Part shown: piece after piece, positions 9,439-18,737 of the stretch
Layout of the letters: every line of letters starts with the position of its first letter
Numbering within the stretch: position 1 is the stretch's first letter
Assembly (NCBI GenBank): GCA_963676105.1
Contig: OY781039.1
Span: 900,001-932,000, forward strand
Origin: Erysipelotrichaceae bacterium
Lineage (GTDB): Bacteria; Bacillota_I; Bacilli_A; Erysipelotrichales; Erysipelotrichaceae
Length of the DNA: 32,000 bases
Direction: 5' to 3'
Notes under the pieces: model-generated
Seen by the model: only the letters and a program-made list of their open reading frames with translations
Told to the model about the DNA's origin: nothing
Database searches by the model: none
Position numbers and translations under genes: made by a program

Positions 9439-10728
9439 ATGAGTAAAAATATTGTAGTTGCAGGCACAGGTTATGTTGGACTAGTAACAGCTGTTTGTTT
9501 ATCTGAAGTGGGACATAGTGTTACTTGTGTTGATTCCAATGAAGACAAAGTTAAAACTTTAAAACAAAACATTTGTCCAATTTATGAACCACAACTTGAA
9601 GACTTAATGATTAAAAATAAAGATCGTTTAAACTATACAACTGACTATCAATCAGCTTATAAAAATGCAGATGTGATATTTGTTGCGGTTGGTACACCTG
9701 AACAAGAAGATGGTTCAGCCAATTTATCCTATGTTCATGCTGTCGCAAGACAAATCGCTGTAACAGTTGAAAACGATTGCGTCGTTGTCGTTAAGTCCAC
9801 TGTTCCAATTGGAACAAACGATGATATTGAACAAGTTCTCATTAACAACTTAAAAAATAATGTCAAAGTTACAGTCGCATCTAATCCTGAGTTTTTAGCC
9901 CAAGGTAGTGCTGTTAAAGATACCTTACATGCTAAGCGTATCGTTATCGGTACAGAAGACAGTGAAACAGAAAAAATAATGGTAGAAGTTTATACCCCAT
10001 TTAACATTCCTTTTGTGCTTACTAATCGACGTAGTGCAGAAATGATTAAATATGCAGCAAACGATTTTTTAGCACTTAAAATCTCTTATATTAATGAAAT
10101 AGCCAATTTCTGTGAAATGATTGGTGCCAATATTGATGATGTGGTTAAAGGTATGAGTTATGATCCTCGCATTGGAGATAAATTTTTACAAGCTGGGATT
10201 GGCTATGGTGGTTCATGTTTTCCTAAAGATACAAAAGCTTTATATCATTTAGCATCAAAAGAATATGGATATGAATTATCAACTGTAAAAGCTGCCATTG
10301 ATGTGAATACACGTCAAAAAACAAAATTGTTCTTTGAAGCTAAAAAACACTTTACATCCTTTGTGGGGATTGAAGTTGCTGTATTAGGATTAACCTTTAA
10401 ACCTAATACAGATGATCTTAGAGAATCACCTTCGCTTGAAAACGTAAAAATGTTATTAAAGAGTGGTGCAAAAGTTACGGTTTACGACCCTGTAGGCATG
10501 GATAACTTTAAAAAGGTATTTCCTGATATTACATATGTAAATACTCCTCAGGAAGCTTTAAATGGCAAGGATTGTGCATTTGTCTTAACTGAGTGGGATG
10601 AAATTAAAAAATTAACACCAAATGACTTTAAATCATTAAAAAATCCTATCGTATTTGATGGACGAAATTGTTATGATCCAAAGGTTATGTCAAATGCTGA
10701 TATCTTATATATTTCAATAGGCAGATAA
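9439..10728 (+). CDS. ugd: UDP-glucose 6-dehydrogenase
   Basis: 429 aa with NAD-binding VAGTGYVGLV and active-site GIGYGGSCFPKDT. Length and layout are typical of Ugd/TuaD. Confidence 0.9.
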   Translation: MSKNIVVAGTGYVGLVTAVCLSEVGHSVTCVDSNEDKVKTLKQNICPIYEPQLEDLMIKNKDRLNYTTDYQSAYKNADVIFVAVGTPEQEDGSANLSYVHAVARQIAVTVENDCVVVVKSTVPIGTNDDIEQVLINNLKNNVKVTVASNPEFLAQGSAVKDTLHAKRIVIGTEDSETEKIMVEVYTPFNIPFVLTNRRSAEMIKYAANDFLALKISYINEIANFCEMIGANIDDVVKGMSYDPRIGDKFLQAGIGYGGSCFPKDTKALYHLASKEYGYELSTVKAAIDVNTRQKTKLFFEAKKHFTSFVGIEVAVLGLTFKPNTDDLRESPSLENVKMLLKSGAKVTVYDPVGMDNFKKVFPDITYVNTPQEALNGKDCAFVLTEWDEIKKLTPNDFKSLKNPIVFDGRNCYDPKVMSNADILYISIGR

Positions 10729-10730
10729 AA

Positions 10731-10753
10731 ACCCAGAAATTTTTCTGGGTTTT
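10731..10753. terminator. Bidirectional rho-independent terminator between ugd and the LCP gene
   Basis: The stem CCCAGAA (10732-10738) / TTCTGGG (10743-10749) has a 4-nt loop and can extend through flanking A/T pairs. T-runs follow it on both strands (TTTT on plus; TTTTTAT on minus). Confidence 0.7.
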
Positions 10754-13424
10754 AGTTAGGTTCTTCGTCGACACCACCAGTTCCTGCATCAGCAGTTTCT
10801 GCATCAGCAGTTATATTGATGGTTACTGTTGCGATATTTGATTCAGCAGTGCCATCGTTAGCTACAAAGGTAAAGCTGTCAGTTCCGGTATAACCGGCTG
10901 TTACAGTATATGTAAATAATCCATTAGGATTTAATACTAATGTCCCATGGGTAGGTTGTGTTTTAGCTGAATAAGTTAAAGTTTGACTTGCATCCACGTC
11001 CGTTGCGCTAACTTGACCTGTAAGAGTGATATCAGTATCTAACATTTCAACAGTTTTAGCACTCGCAACTGGAGCAGTATTTACAAATGGACCAATAGAT
11101 AAGACGACTCTGAGTGTTTCATTCGCAAACATAGTAGTGTTTTGTGTAACTAATTTATCGTTATAGTAAATTGATACAATTTCATCTTTTACATGTGTAG
11201 TTGAATAACTAGTTTCATACTCATAACTTACACTATTATATAAATGTTCTTTAACCCATGTTTCAAAGTCAGTTTTTAGCCAAGTATCTTCACTATTAAA
11301 TATAAGTTCATATGGAATTTCTTCATATGGATAATCCGCTGTATAAATCGTAAGAGAACTTACACCAACCTGTGATAATTTTGTATAGGCAGATTCTTTT
11401 TGAGAACCAATTTTACCAATATTTGAAGTACTGTAACCTGCATCACCCTCTCTAAGATAGACAATATTGATAGGGAAATTATTTGCGCTTGACCATGAAT
11501 TAGCTTGAGCTATAGTCATGCCTGTAAAGTCAGGAACAATGTATGCACATTGAGGATCACTTCTGTTTTCTACAATAGCACAATCGAGTTCATGTTTAAT
11601 AACACCCACTGTTAATGATGAGAAGTTTTCAGTTTTAATTCCATAACGAACACTTTGGGAAATGATTCGATTATAAAGATAATTTTCACTATAACCATCT
11701 TCACCTGGCCAAATCTCGTCATAAGTCACATTAATCCATGAACGACTTGCTGCCCAAGATTGAACATCACTTAAGGTCCAAATGTTTGTACTACTTGTCA
11801 TGCTAGGCATAAAATCAGGTAGTTTTTCATGAACTTGAGGTTCATCGTACCATTCAATAATGTAGTCAGGTGTCGCGTATGGCGATTCAATATTAAAACT
11901 AAATATCTTTTGATCATTGATTTGATAATCAATCATTAAGTTTTGATAAATAAGATTCTTATTAAATTCAATTGAGCCTTCCCAAGCTTTATAGATAGAC
12001 AAAGGTAGTTGGAAAGTATCTGAATACATCCAGGAAAAATAACCAGTCACACGAGAACTCTTCATTTGGAGTAAATATTGTGAGTCAATAGTTGTGCTAC
12101 TCATTTGCTTTATTAAAAATTGTCCTAATTGGGTTAAATCATTCAAAGAAATATTTGTTTTAATATTACTTCCGGCTGCATCAACAACATTTAATAATGT
12201 TGTAATATCTTTTGTTTCCATAATTTTGGCAATTATTGCTTCAATAACTTGTTGTTGATGTTCTTGACGATCTAAATCACCATTTGGCATGGCATGTCTT
12301 TCACGGGCAAATGCTAAAGTTTGAAGTCCATCCATAACTTGCCAACCTTCATCAACCCAAACAGTAAAATGTCCACGCTCACTACTTGCGTCTTGACCCA
12401 CAAATTCAACAGGTGAATAAAGATATAAACCACCTAAGGCATCAACGATATCAACAATAGCTTGGAAGTTAACTTCAGCAAAATAATCTATATCAACATC
12501 TAAGAAATTAGAAACAGTGTCAATGGTACATTGGCGCGAAACAGACCTAGCATGGGTGATTTTATCCGAAGCTTGATCAGTATAACATGCGATAGGTGCA
12601 TAAGTATCACGCGCAATACTTGTCATCGTAGCTGTCATAGTACGTGGATTAAAGGTTGCGAGAATCAAAGTGTCACTTAAACCATCCGCATTACCAATTA
12701 ATAAAACAGTAAATGGTTCTGAAGTGATATTTTTATCGGACGCAACTTGACCTTCAATCGCAACTTCAGTTGTAAAACTATAAAAAGCTGTTGTTAAATC
12801 TAAGTATTCTTCATAGCCTTCATTCCCAATAAACATTGAATAATAAGCTTCAGGTAAAGAAGCAACATCAATTTCATTATTAAATAAGGCTAACAACATA
12901 TCATTATAAGTTGGATATTCTACATAATTCACATTAATATTTTGATCAGTTAATAGTTGAGTTGGTAGTACATTCCCTTCTTGGAATTCTGTACTATTAA
13001 TAATCCCAACATTCTTATTTTCAATATCACTTAATGAAGTATATGCATCAGTATCATAGGCAACAAAACTAGTTGTTATATCTTCATATTGTGTTTTCGT
13101 TGTATCAACAATCGCACCACTGATTGATGAATGAAGGCGTATAACATAATAATTCGCAAAGCCTACAAATAATAGCAATAATGCTGCGAATATAATACTT
13201 GGGTAACGCAGTTTATTATGATCTTTTGAGGCTAAATCTAAAAATGCAGAAAGAGCATTTAAAAGAATGAGTATTACTATACCTATGCTAAATAAAACAA
13301 CACTTAGTCCAATATAGCTATATATATTAAATAATAGAAAAATAGATAATGCGATTGTTGCTATAGATACCCAAGTATTGATGTTAAAAAGACTTGGATG
13401 GAAATTAAATTTTTGTTTTTTCAT
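10752..13424 (-). CDS. Large multidomain LytR-CpsA-Psr (LCP) family glycopolymer-to-peptidoglycan ligase
   Basis: 890 aa with three N-terminal TM helices. The LCP core motifs are LLIGNADGLSDTLILATF, SIARDTY, DKITHA, NFQAIVDIVDALGG, LAFARERH and GDLDRQEHQQQV. Later come a PASTA-like segment (VPDFTGMTIAQANSW...GKIGSQ...LTIYTA, about nt 11335-11540) and a C-terminal Ig/cadherin-like segment (VSATDVDASQTLTYSAKTQPTHGTLVLNPNGLFTYTVTAGYTGTDSFTFVANDG). SD AGGAG lies upstream of ATG 13424. Confidence 0.85.
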   Translation of the reverse strand: MKKQKFNFHPSLFNINTWVSIATIALSIFLLFNIYSYIGLSVVLFSIGIVILILLNALSAFLDLASKDHNKLRYPSIIFAALLLLFVGFANYYVIRLHSSISGAIVDTTKTQYEDITTSFVAYDTDAYTSLSDIENKNVGIINSTEFQEGNVLPTQLLTDQNINVNYVEYPTYNDMLLALFNNEIDVASLPEAYYSMFIGNEGYEEYLDLTTAFYSFTTEVAIEGQVASDKNITSEPFTVLLIGNADGLSDTLILATFNPRTMTATMTSIARDTYAPIACYTDQASDKITHARSVSRQCTIDTVSNFLDVDIDYFAEVNFQAIVDIVDALGGLYLYSPVEFVGQDASSERGHFTVWVDEGWQVMDGLQTLAFARERHAMPNGDLDRQEHQQQVIEAIIAKIMETKDITTLLNVVDAAGSNIKTNISLNDLTQLGQFLIKQMSSTTIDSQYLLQMKSSRVTGYFSWMYSDTFQLPLSIYKAWEGSIEFNKNLIYQNLMIDYQINDQKIFSFNIESPYATPDYIIEWYDEPQVHEKLPDFMPSMTSSTNIWTLSDVQSWAASRSWINVTYDEIWPGEDGYSENYLYNRIISQSVRYGIKTENFSSLTVGVIKHELDCAIVENRSDPQCAYIVPDFTGMTIAQANSWSSANNFPINIVYLREGDAGYSTSNIGKIGSQKESAYTKLSQVGVSSLTIYTADYPYEEIPYELIFNSEDTWLKTDFETWVKEHLYNSVSYEYETSYSTTHVKDEIVSIYYNDKLVTQNTTMFANETLRVVLSIGPFVNTAPVASAKTVEMLDTDITLTGQVSATDVDASQTLTYSAKTQPTHGTLVLNPNGLFTYTVTAGYTGTDSFTFVANDGTAESNIATVTINITADAETADAGTGGVDEEPN

Positions 13425-13434
13425 CCTAACACTC

Positions 13435-14070
13435 CTACTCTAAGTAATATCGATATATTTCATATCGACCATCTCTATTTATTACACTAAAATATCCTTG
13501 TGTTTGATACTCAGAGTTATCAAATTCATCATTTGGTAAATATGTCCATTTTGCAGCAACATAATAACTCATGTACTCAACACCATCTATTTCATATTTT
13601 TTTTCGAAATCAACATATTTTATAGTTACTGAATCAACCTGTAATAGATTCTCAGATCCGTAAGTGTCTTGATAGTAACTTAAATCTTTATAAAAGAAAG
13701 CTTTTGCCTCAGTTTGAATATAAAGTGTATTCGGTGCATACACATATTGAAGCCCACCCACATCATAACTACCTAGCTTATTGGTCCATGTATAAAAACT
13801 CGCAATGAAATTTTCTACAACAATGGCTGCTTTCTCAGATCCAGTTGCCTCTGCGCTGTTTAAAGTTTCTGATAATTCGGCAAATAATTCTTTTTGATAA
13901 TCAGTAGCGTTTTTGGGTTGAGTATAAATACCCCCTCCATCAATCACAATGGTTTCCACAGAATCTGAAACTGTTGCGAAATAATAAAAAACACCACTAA
14001 AAGTCACCAAAAGTGCTAGTGTGATATAAATTGTTATCATTTCGTATTTTCTATATATAATATGCCACAT
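13435..14070 (-). CDS. Hypothetical membrane-anchored extracytoplasmic protein
   Basis: 211 aa with a single N-terminal hydrophobic helix (ITIYITLALLVTFSGVFYYF) followed by a soluble Tyr-rich domain. SD AAAGGA lies 7 nt upstream of ATG 14070. I recognise no family motif. Confidence 0.6.
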   Translation of the reverse strand: MWHIIYRKYEMITIYITLALLVTFSGVFYYFATVSDSVETIVIDGGGIYTQPKNATDYQKELFAELSETLNSAEATGSEKAAIVVENFIASFYTWTNKLGSYDVGGLQYVYAPNTLYIQTEAKAFFYKDLSYYQDTYGSENLLQVDSVTIKYVDFEKKYEIDGVEYMSYYVAAKWTYLPNDEFDNSEYQTQGYFSVINRDGRYEIYRYYLE

Positions 14071-14151
14071 AAAGTAGTCCTTTCATATAATACCAATAAC
14101 TAATAACAAAGAAAAGTGACAAAAGTATGAACCTCACTGATAATATGCTTT

Positions 14152-16248
14152 TTACCAATAAAATTGATAAATCATATAAGATTCATTTTCATATATCTGT
14201 GTCGCACAATCTCTAACTTTAAAATATACCGGAATAACTTCCCCTTTTTCATCCACAAAGTACTGTTCTTTACTTACTACAACAAAATCAATCTTTTCTG
14301 AAATTAGATAATCACATGTCTGACTATAGTTAATTTTTGAATCAAAGATTTCTTGTTCTATATAGTCTTTATTTAAAAATATTTTAAATAATTCAAGGAT
14401 GTTACCACTAAGTTTATCTGAATCATCAATATTATTGATAGTATATTTATTAATTGATCGAATGCTATTATTTGAAATAGGAGTAACAACATAAGGAACA
14501 TAAACCCTTACAGATTCAATTTGAGATATCACTTTTGCTTCTTGATAGTTTTCTAATATTATTTTAGATTTTAAAATCTTTAAAGTTTCAATTTCATCCG
14601 GATATAAGCGAAGTATTGAATCATAATTTTCACTTGGTATAAAAGAAGTATGATAATAATTTTGACTATATGAAATCGCACCAGGTATCATCCAGGCAAT
14701 AATAGAAAATAGTATTCCATTTCTAAACCAAACATAGCTGATTTGATTAATCATGAAACTAAAAAACAAAATAATTGTAAATGGATTAAAAATGATTTCA
14801 AAACTTCGATAATAAACAACACTAAATAAATATTTTTCGACTAACATGCTTGAAATTGGGTTAATAAATAAAATAATTATAATTAGTAACAATAGAATAA
14901 AAGCTGATTTATTTCTTAATAAAAATGTAATAAGTGAAATGAATAATATAAAATTAATCAAGATATATGTACTATTAGAATAATTAAAATAATACCATAC
15001 CATGTCGTAAGCTCGATGGTCATATAAGAAATCATGTGTCAATTGATACCCACTAAAAAATAAGTAAAAAGCAATTACTATAACTATGCCTGGAATCATT
15101 ATTTTCATAATATGTGCAATATTATGAATAAATTTTTCTCTTTGTGTAAATTTCTTATAATACATAAATAATAGAAAACTATAAAAGATTAATAATCCTA
15201 TCAAAATCATTAGAAAAAGTAGTCTATTATTTGAGCCTTGATAGAATAATACAAAAAGAGAGCTCGGAATCGTCAACCAAATTATAGTTTCAAGAATAAC
15301 ATCTGAATTTTTTATTAAGTGAAATATTAATATAAAAGCAGATGTAATAATAATAATTCCTAAAGGAAATCCAGAAGAGCTAACTGAAATCAAAGCAGAA
15401 GATGTAAACATCATTAAGACTAAATTACCAATCTCATGTTTTTCATTAACAAAATATTGATACCACTCAAACATTAATAATGCGACTATGAATGGTCGAT
15501 AAGTATTTCCAAAAAACGCAAAGACACTGTTAAAGTAAATAAACGGAAAATAAGCTAATAATAGAATAAACAAAAAGACTTTTACACCATGATTCTTGAT
15601 TTTTAAACTAAATACAAGCCCAAGTACTGTAGTAATTTCTAATAAATAAAATAATGCACTAGTAATCCAGAAATATGCTTGCGTAAATAATCCATATGTA
15701 GAATCAGAAAAGAAGCCCATTAATTTATCAAAAACTAAAATTAGTAGAGCTGAAAATGAATAAAAAGACTGATAGTCATAAGTTCTCATTATTGTGTCAA
15801 TAGATAATCCTGTTCCATAATCCACATATGAAAAAGTTTGAGAATAAGCTAATTGCAAAGCCATTGACAAATAGTGATAGGTATCAAAACTGTTCTGCCC
15901 TAAAGTTCTATTTGATGATACTACAACTAATAAAAAAACATACATCAAAGATATACTTAAACCAATTATCATTTTCAGTTTTAATAATGATTTTATGCTT
16001 CCAATTATATGTAAAGAGCTTAAAACGATAAAAATGAGGCCAATAAGTATGAAATAAATACCGCTTGGCACTTGAAAATACACTGTAAAATAATAGATAA
16101 ATTGTATTAAACCTAAATAGACAATGATCCCAACAGGTATATATAAAAATGTATTTAATTTTAATTTTAATCTTTTATTAAAACCAAAGCCAATGGAGTA
16201 AAAGCCAATGAAACTAGTTAAAGTGAGAATTATTAAAATCAAAATCAT
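14152..16248 (-). CDS. Unassigned 698-aa polytopic membrane protein with a C-terminal soluble domain; GT-C-like topology (function unknown)
   Basis: Roughly 14 or more hydrophobic helices span aa 1-530, followed by a hydrophilic tail of about 160 aa. The start overlaps the YfhO-3 stop in an ATGA (16245-16248). It lacks the YfhO C-terminal signature and I recognise no catalytic motif. Confidence 0.7.
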   Translation of the reverse strand: MILILIILTLTSFIGFYSIGFGFNKRLKLKLNTFLYIPVGIIVYLGLIQFIYYFTVYFQVPSGIYFILIGLIFIVLSSLHIIGSIKSLLKLKMIIGLSISLMYVFLLVVVSSNRTLGQNSFDTYHYLSMALQLAYSQTFSYVDYGTGLSIDTIMRTYDYQSFYSFSALLILVFDKLMGFFSDSTYGLFTQAYFWITSALFYLLEITTVLGLVFSLKIKNHGVKVFLFILLLAYFPFIYFNSVFAFFGNTYRPFIVALLMFEWYQYFVNEKHEIGNLVLMMFTSSALISVSSSGFPLGIIIITSAFILIFHLIKNSDVILETIIWLTIPSSLFVLFYQGSNNRLLFLMILIGLLIFYSFLLFMYYKKFTQREKFIHNIAHIMKIMIPGIVIVIAFYLFFSGYQLTHDFLYDHRAYDMVWYYFNYSNSTYILINFILFISLITFLLRNKSAFILLLLIIIILFINPISSMLVEKYLFSVVYYRSFEIIFNPFTIILFFSFMINQISYVWFRNGILFSIIAWMIPGAISYSQNYYHTSFIPSENYDSILRLYPDEIETLKILKSKIILENYQEAKVISQIESVRVYVPYVVTPISNNSIRSINKYTINNIDDSDKLSGNILELFKIFLNKDYIEQEIFDSKINYSQTCDYLISEKIDFVVVSKEQYFVDEKGEVIPVYFKVRDCATQIYENESYMIYQFYW

Positions 16249-18737
16249 GTCTGCTTCCTCTTAATAAAGTAGTAAATACATGTAATCATAAAACTAATAA
16301 CGGAAATAATAATCCCTTCCTTTAAGAAAGGCGGTACATAAGTAAAACTAATAGTATGCTTTCCTTTATCTAGATAAAAACCTAAGAAACCTTCATTTAC
16401 CACAACTGTTTCAATTGATTCGCCATTATCCTTAATATTCCAGCCTAAATCGTAAGGAATATTTGTAAAAACTATTTCTTTAGAGTTACTTATTTGAATA
16501 TCAGCAGTAATTTTATCATTTTCATTTATGATATTCTCAAATTGATTAAAATTATGTACTTGGTTATTTAAAGAATCGATATACGAATTTTTAACATAAT
16601 AGACTGTAATAGGTGTATAGGCATAGCTAGTATATTGATTGTTACAGTAGAAATAGATCTTATCTGTATTTAAGTAAACAGGTGCTTTGGCGTAGCCATA
16701 TTCTGTAAATTCAATTTGTTGAAAGATTTCATTATTTTCATAATAGTCAAGTAAACAATGTGTATATGGATCAGTATGACTATATTCAATTATTAAATAA
16801 CCTGGTTCATCAAAACTTAAATTAACCCCTGCATTAATTAGATTAGCTCCAATTACTTCAGGATATGATATCTCAAAGCTTGATGTTCCGTTCTCTGTAA
16901 ACACACCTTGATACATCGCAAAATCCATTTCAAAGGAATTAATCGAATTAATATAAGAATTATTAAATTCAACATCAGTGGCAAACCCTAATTCAATTGT
17001 ATTTGGATTAATATACCCAGTAGTGCTTTCAATAAAACCATACGGAAGATTAGCTTCGCTTCCAAGGTAATATTTAGCACCTAATAAGTTTTTCGCAAGC
17101 TCTTTCGAATATGTATACTCTAGTTTTCTAAATGGCATAAAGCGATTTGTATAATAACTTTGTATTTGTGCACTGTAGGAACTGGAGTACATTAAAAATC
17201 CTGGGTAATTTTTCGCAACTGGTTCAGTTGTTATGCCATCTTCTACATCAATTCGATAAAAGCTATAATCAGATTCTAAAATTGTTTGAACATCCACGCC
17301 ATCAAACATCGATGGTAAAAACACTACATTTTCTGAAGATATAAAATTTGGACTACCATTATGATAAAACCTCATGTTAAATGCGTAATAGCCTTCAGAT
17401 ATTAAAAGCAAGCTCAAAACAATTAGTGAAAATTTATTCTGTTTTTGACTAAACAACAAATGATAGGCAATCACCCATAAGATAAAAAACACAACATGAT
17501 ATAAAACTCTCTGTGATAAATCTTGAGTATAGTAGTTTTTAGTATAAGTAATACCGGCAATCACAATAATCGTAAAAATCCAAAATATTGCATTAATTAT
17601 CCAATCTTTATTACTTAATTGAAATCGATTACTTAAACCATATACAGCCACTAATGCATTAACAAATACAATCATAAATGGCCAACGAGCATCATAGTTC
17701 CCATTAAACAAAGTATAAAAAAATGGAATAAACAACATTGAATACATTAATAAGGAAAAGATTAATAAACTTTTCTTATATTGATATTTTGATTTCACAG
17801 CTGGATACAAAGCTACAATAAAAATCACAAAGGAATAAATATAGGGTTTTATTAAATTTAAACCTGGTGCATAGTAACTGTAGAACAAATTATAATCATA
17901 ATCACTTGATACCACTGAGACAAAAGATGTTAGTATCGCAAAAATCGAACGAACATTTAATTGAGGCATAAAATTAAATAAGTCGACATTTTCAATTCTT
18001 GGATTAGTTGCCAAAATATAAATACTAGGCAATAAAATGAAAGCAGATAAACCAATACCAAGTAAATAAAGTAATGCAACAGGTAATGATTCATGGATGA
18101 ATTTTTTAAGTGTTTGAATTTTATTGAGTTGGATTAATCGGTATAAACTATAGAACACCAAAAACCAACTAAACATATAGAAATAATATGGATTTAGCGC
18201 TACTAAAAAGACAACTGAAAAACTAAAAAATAAATGTTTCCGATTTTCAAATACTTCTTCTACTAAATAAAGTAGTAATACAAACCCCATAAACGGATCG
18301 ATAAATGGAGCATAATGAATCCAGAGCATTATATAACCTGAAAAAGTAATGATAAAGCTGCCAATAATCAAAGAAACTTCATCATCAGTATGATGTTTTA
18401 ACCAGAGATATGAAAATACTGCAATAAAGATAAATCTTAAAGCATCAAACAATAAATTAATCTGCCCTAAATTTTCAACTGGGAATAAAGCCGCTAACCA
18501 AGTGAATGGGGATCCCAAGGAAATAAATAAACCTGCAAAAACATTGCTTCCTAATCCTAAAGCTTGATTCCAAAGTGGTATATGACCTGATTGAATCCAC
18601 ACGACAAATTGATGTAAATGTGGCCATAATTGCTCTAGTTCATCACCCCAAAAAACCAGTAAACCCTGGTTGTTTAATAAAATAGGAAAATAAGCTAGTA
18701 CTAATACAGTAACAATTATTAATAATAATTTTTTCAT
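16245..18737 (-). CDS. YfhO-family polytopic membrane glycosyltransferase (GT-C), paralog 3
   Basis: 830 aa with an N-terminal VFWGDELEQLWP loop after TM1 and many TMs. The C-terminus is IPYDLGWNIKDNGESIETVVVNEGFLGFYLDKGKHTISFTYVPP plus a terminal TM. The start directly abuts the stop of the upstream GT2 (TAAATG). Confidence 0.85.
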   Translation of the reverse strand: MKKLLLIIVTVLVLAYFPILLNNQGLLVFWGDELEQLWPHLHQFVVWIQSGHIPLWNQALGLGSNVFAGLFISLGSPFTWLAALFPVENLGQINLLFDALRFIFIAVFSYLWLKHHTDDEVSLIIGSFIITFSGYIMLWIHYAPFIDPFMGFVLLLYLVEEVFENRKHLFFSFSVVFLVALNPYYFYMFSWFLVFYSLYRLIQLNKIQTLKKFIHESLPVALLYLLGIGLSAFILLPSIYILATNPRIENVDLFNFMPQLNVRSIFAILTSFVSVVSSDYDYNLFYSYYAPGLNLIKPYIYSFVIFIVALYPAVKSKYQYKKSLLIFSLLMYSMLFIPFFYTLFNGNYDARWPFMIVFVNALVAVYGLSNRFQLSNKDWIINAIFWIFTIIVIAGITYTKNYYTQDLSQRVLYHVVFFILWVIAYHLLFSQKQNKFSLIVLSLLLISEGYYAFNMRFYHNGSPNFISSENVVFLPSMFDGVDVQTILESDYSFYRIDVEDGITTEPVAKNYPGFLMYSSSYSAQIQSYYTNRFMPFRKLEYTYSKELAKNLLGAKYYLGSEANLPYGFIESTTGYINPNTIELGFATDVEFNNSYINSINSFEMDFAMYQGVFTENGTSSFEISYPEVIGANLINAGVNLSFDEPGYLIIEYSHTDPYTHCLLDYYENNEIFQQIEFTEYGYAKAPVYLNTDKIYFYCNNQYTSYAYTPITVYYVKNSYIDSLNNQVHNFNQFENIINENDKITADIQISNSKEIVFTNIPYDLGWNIKDNGESIETVVVNEGFLGFYLDKGKHTISFTYVPPFLKEGIIISVISFMITCIYYFIKRKQT

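Noticed and set aside
14087-14096. TGGTATTAT extended -10-like sequence on the minus strand upstream of the 211-aa gene, considered as an internal promoter
   Set aside because: It lies only about 17 nt from the ATG, so a transcript would start within or after the SD. The match is more likely fortuitous in AT-rich DNA, and the gene is probably read through from the upstream operon.
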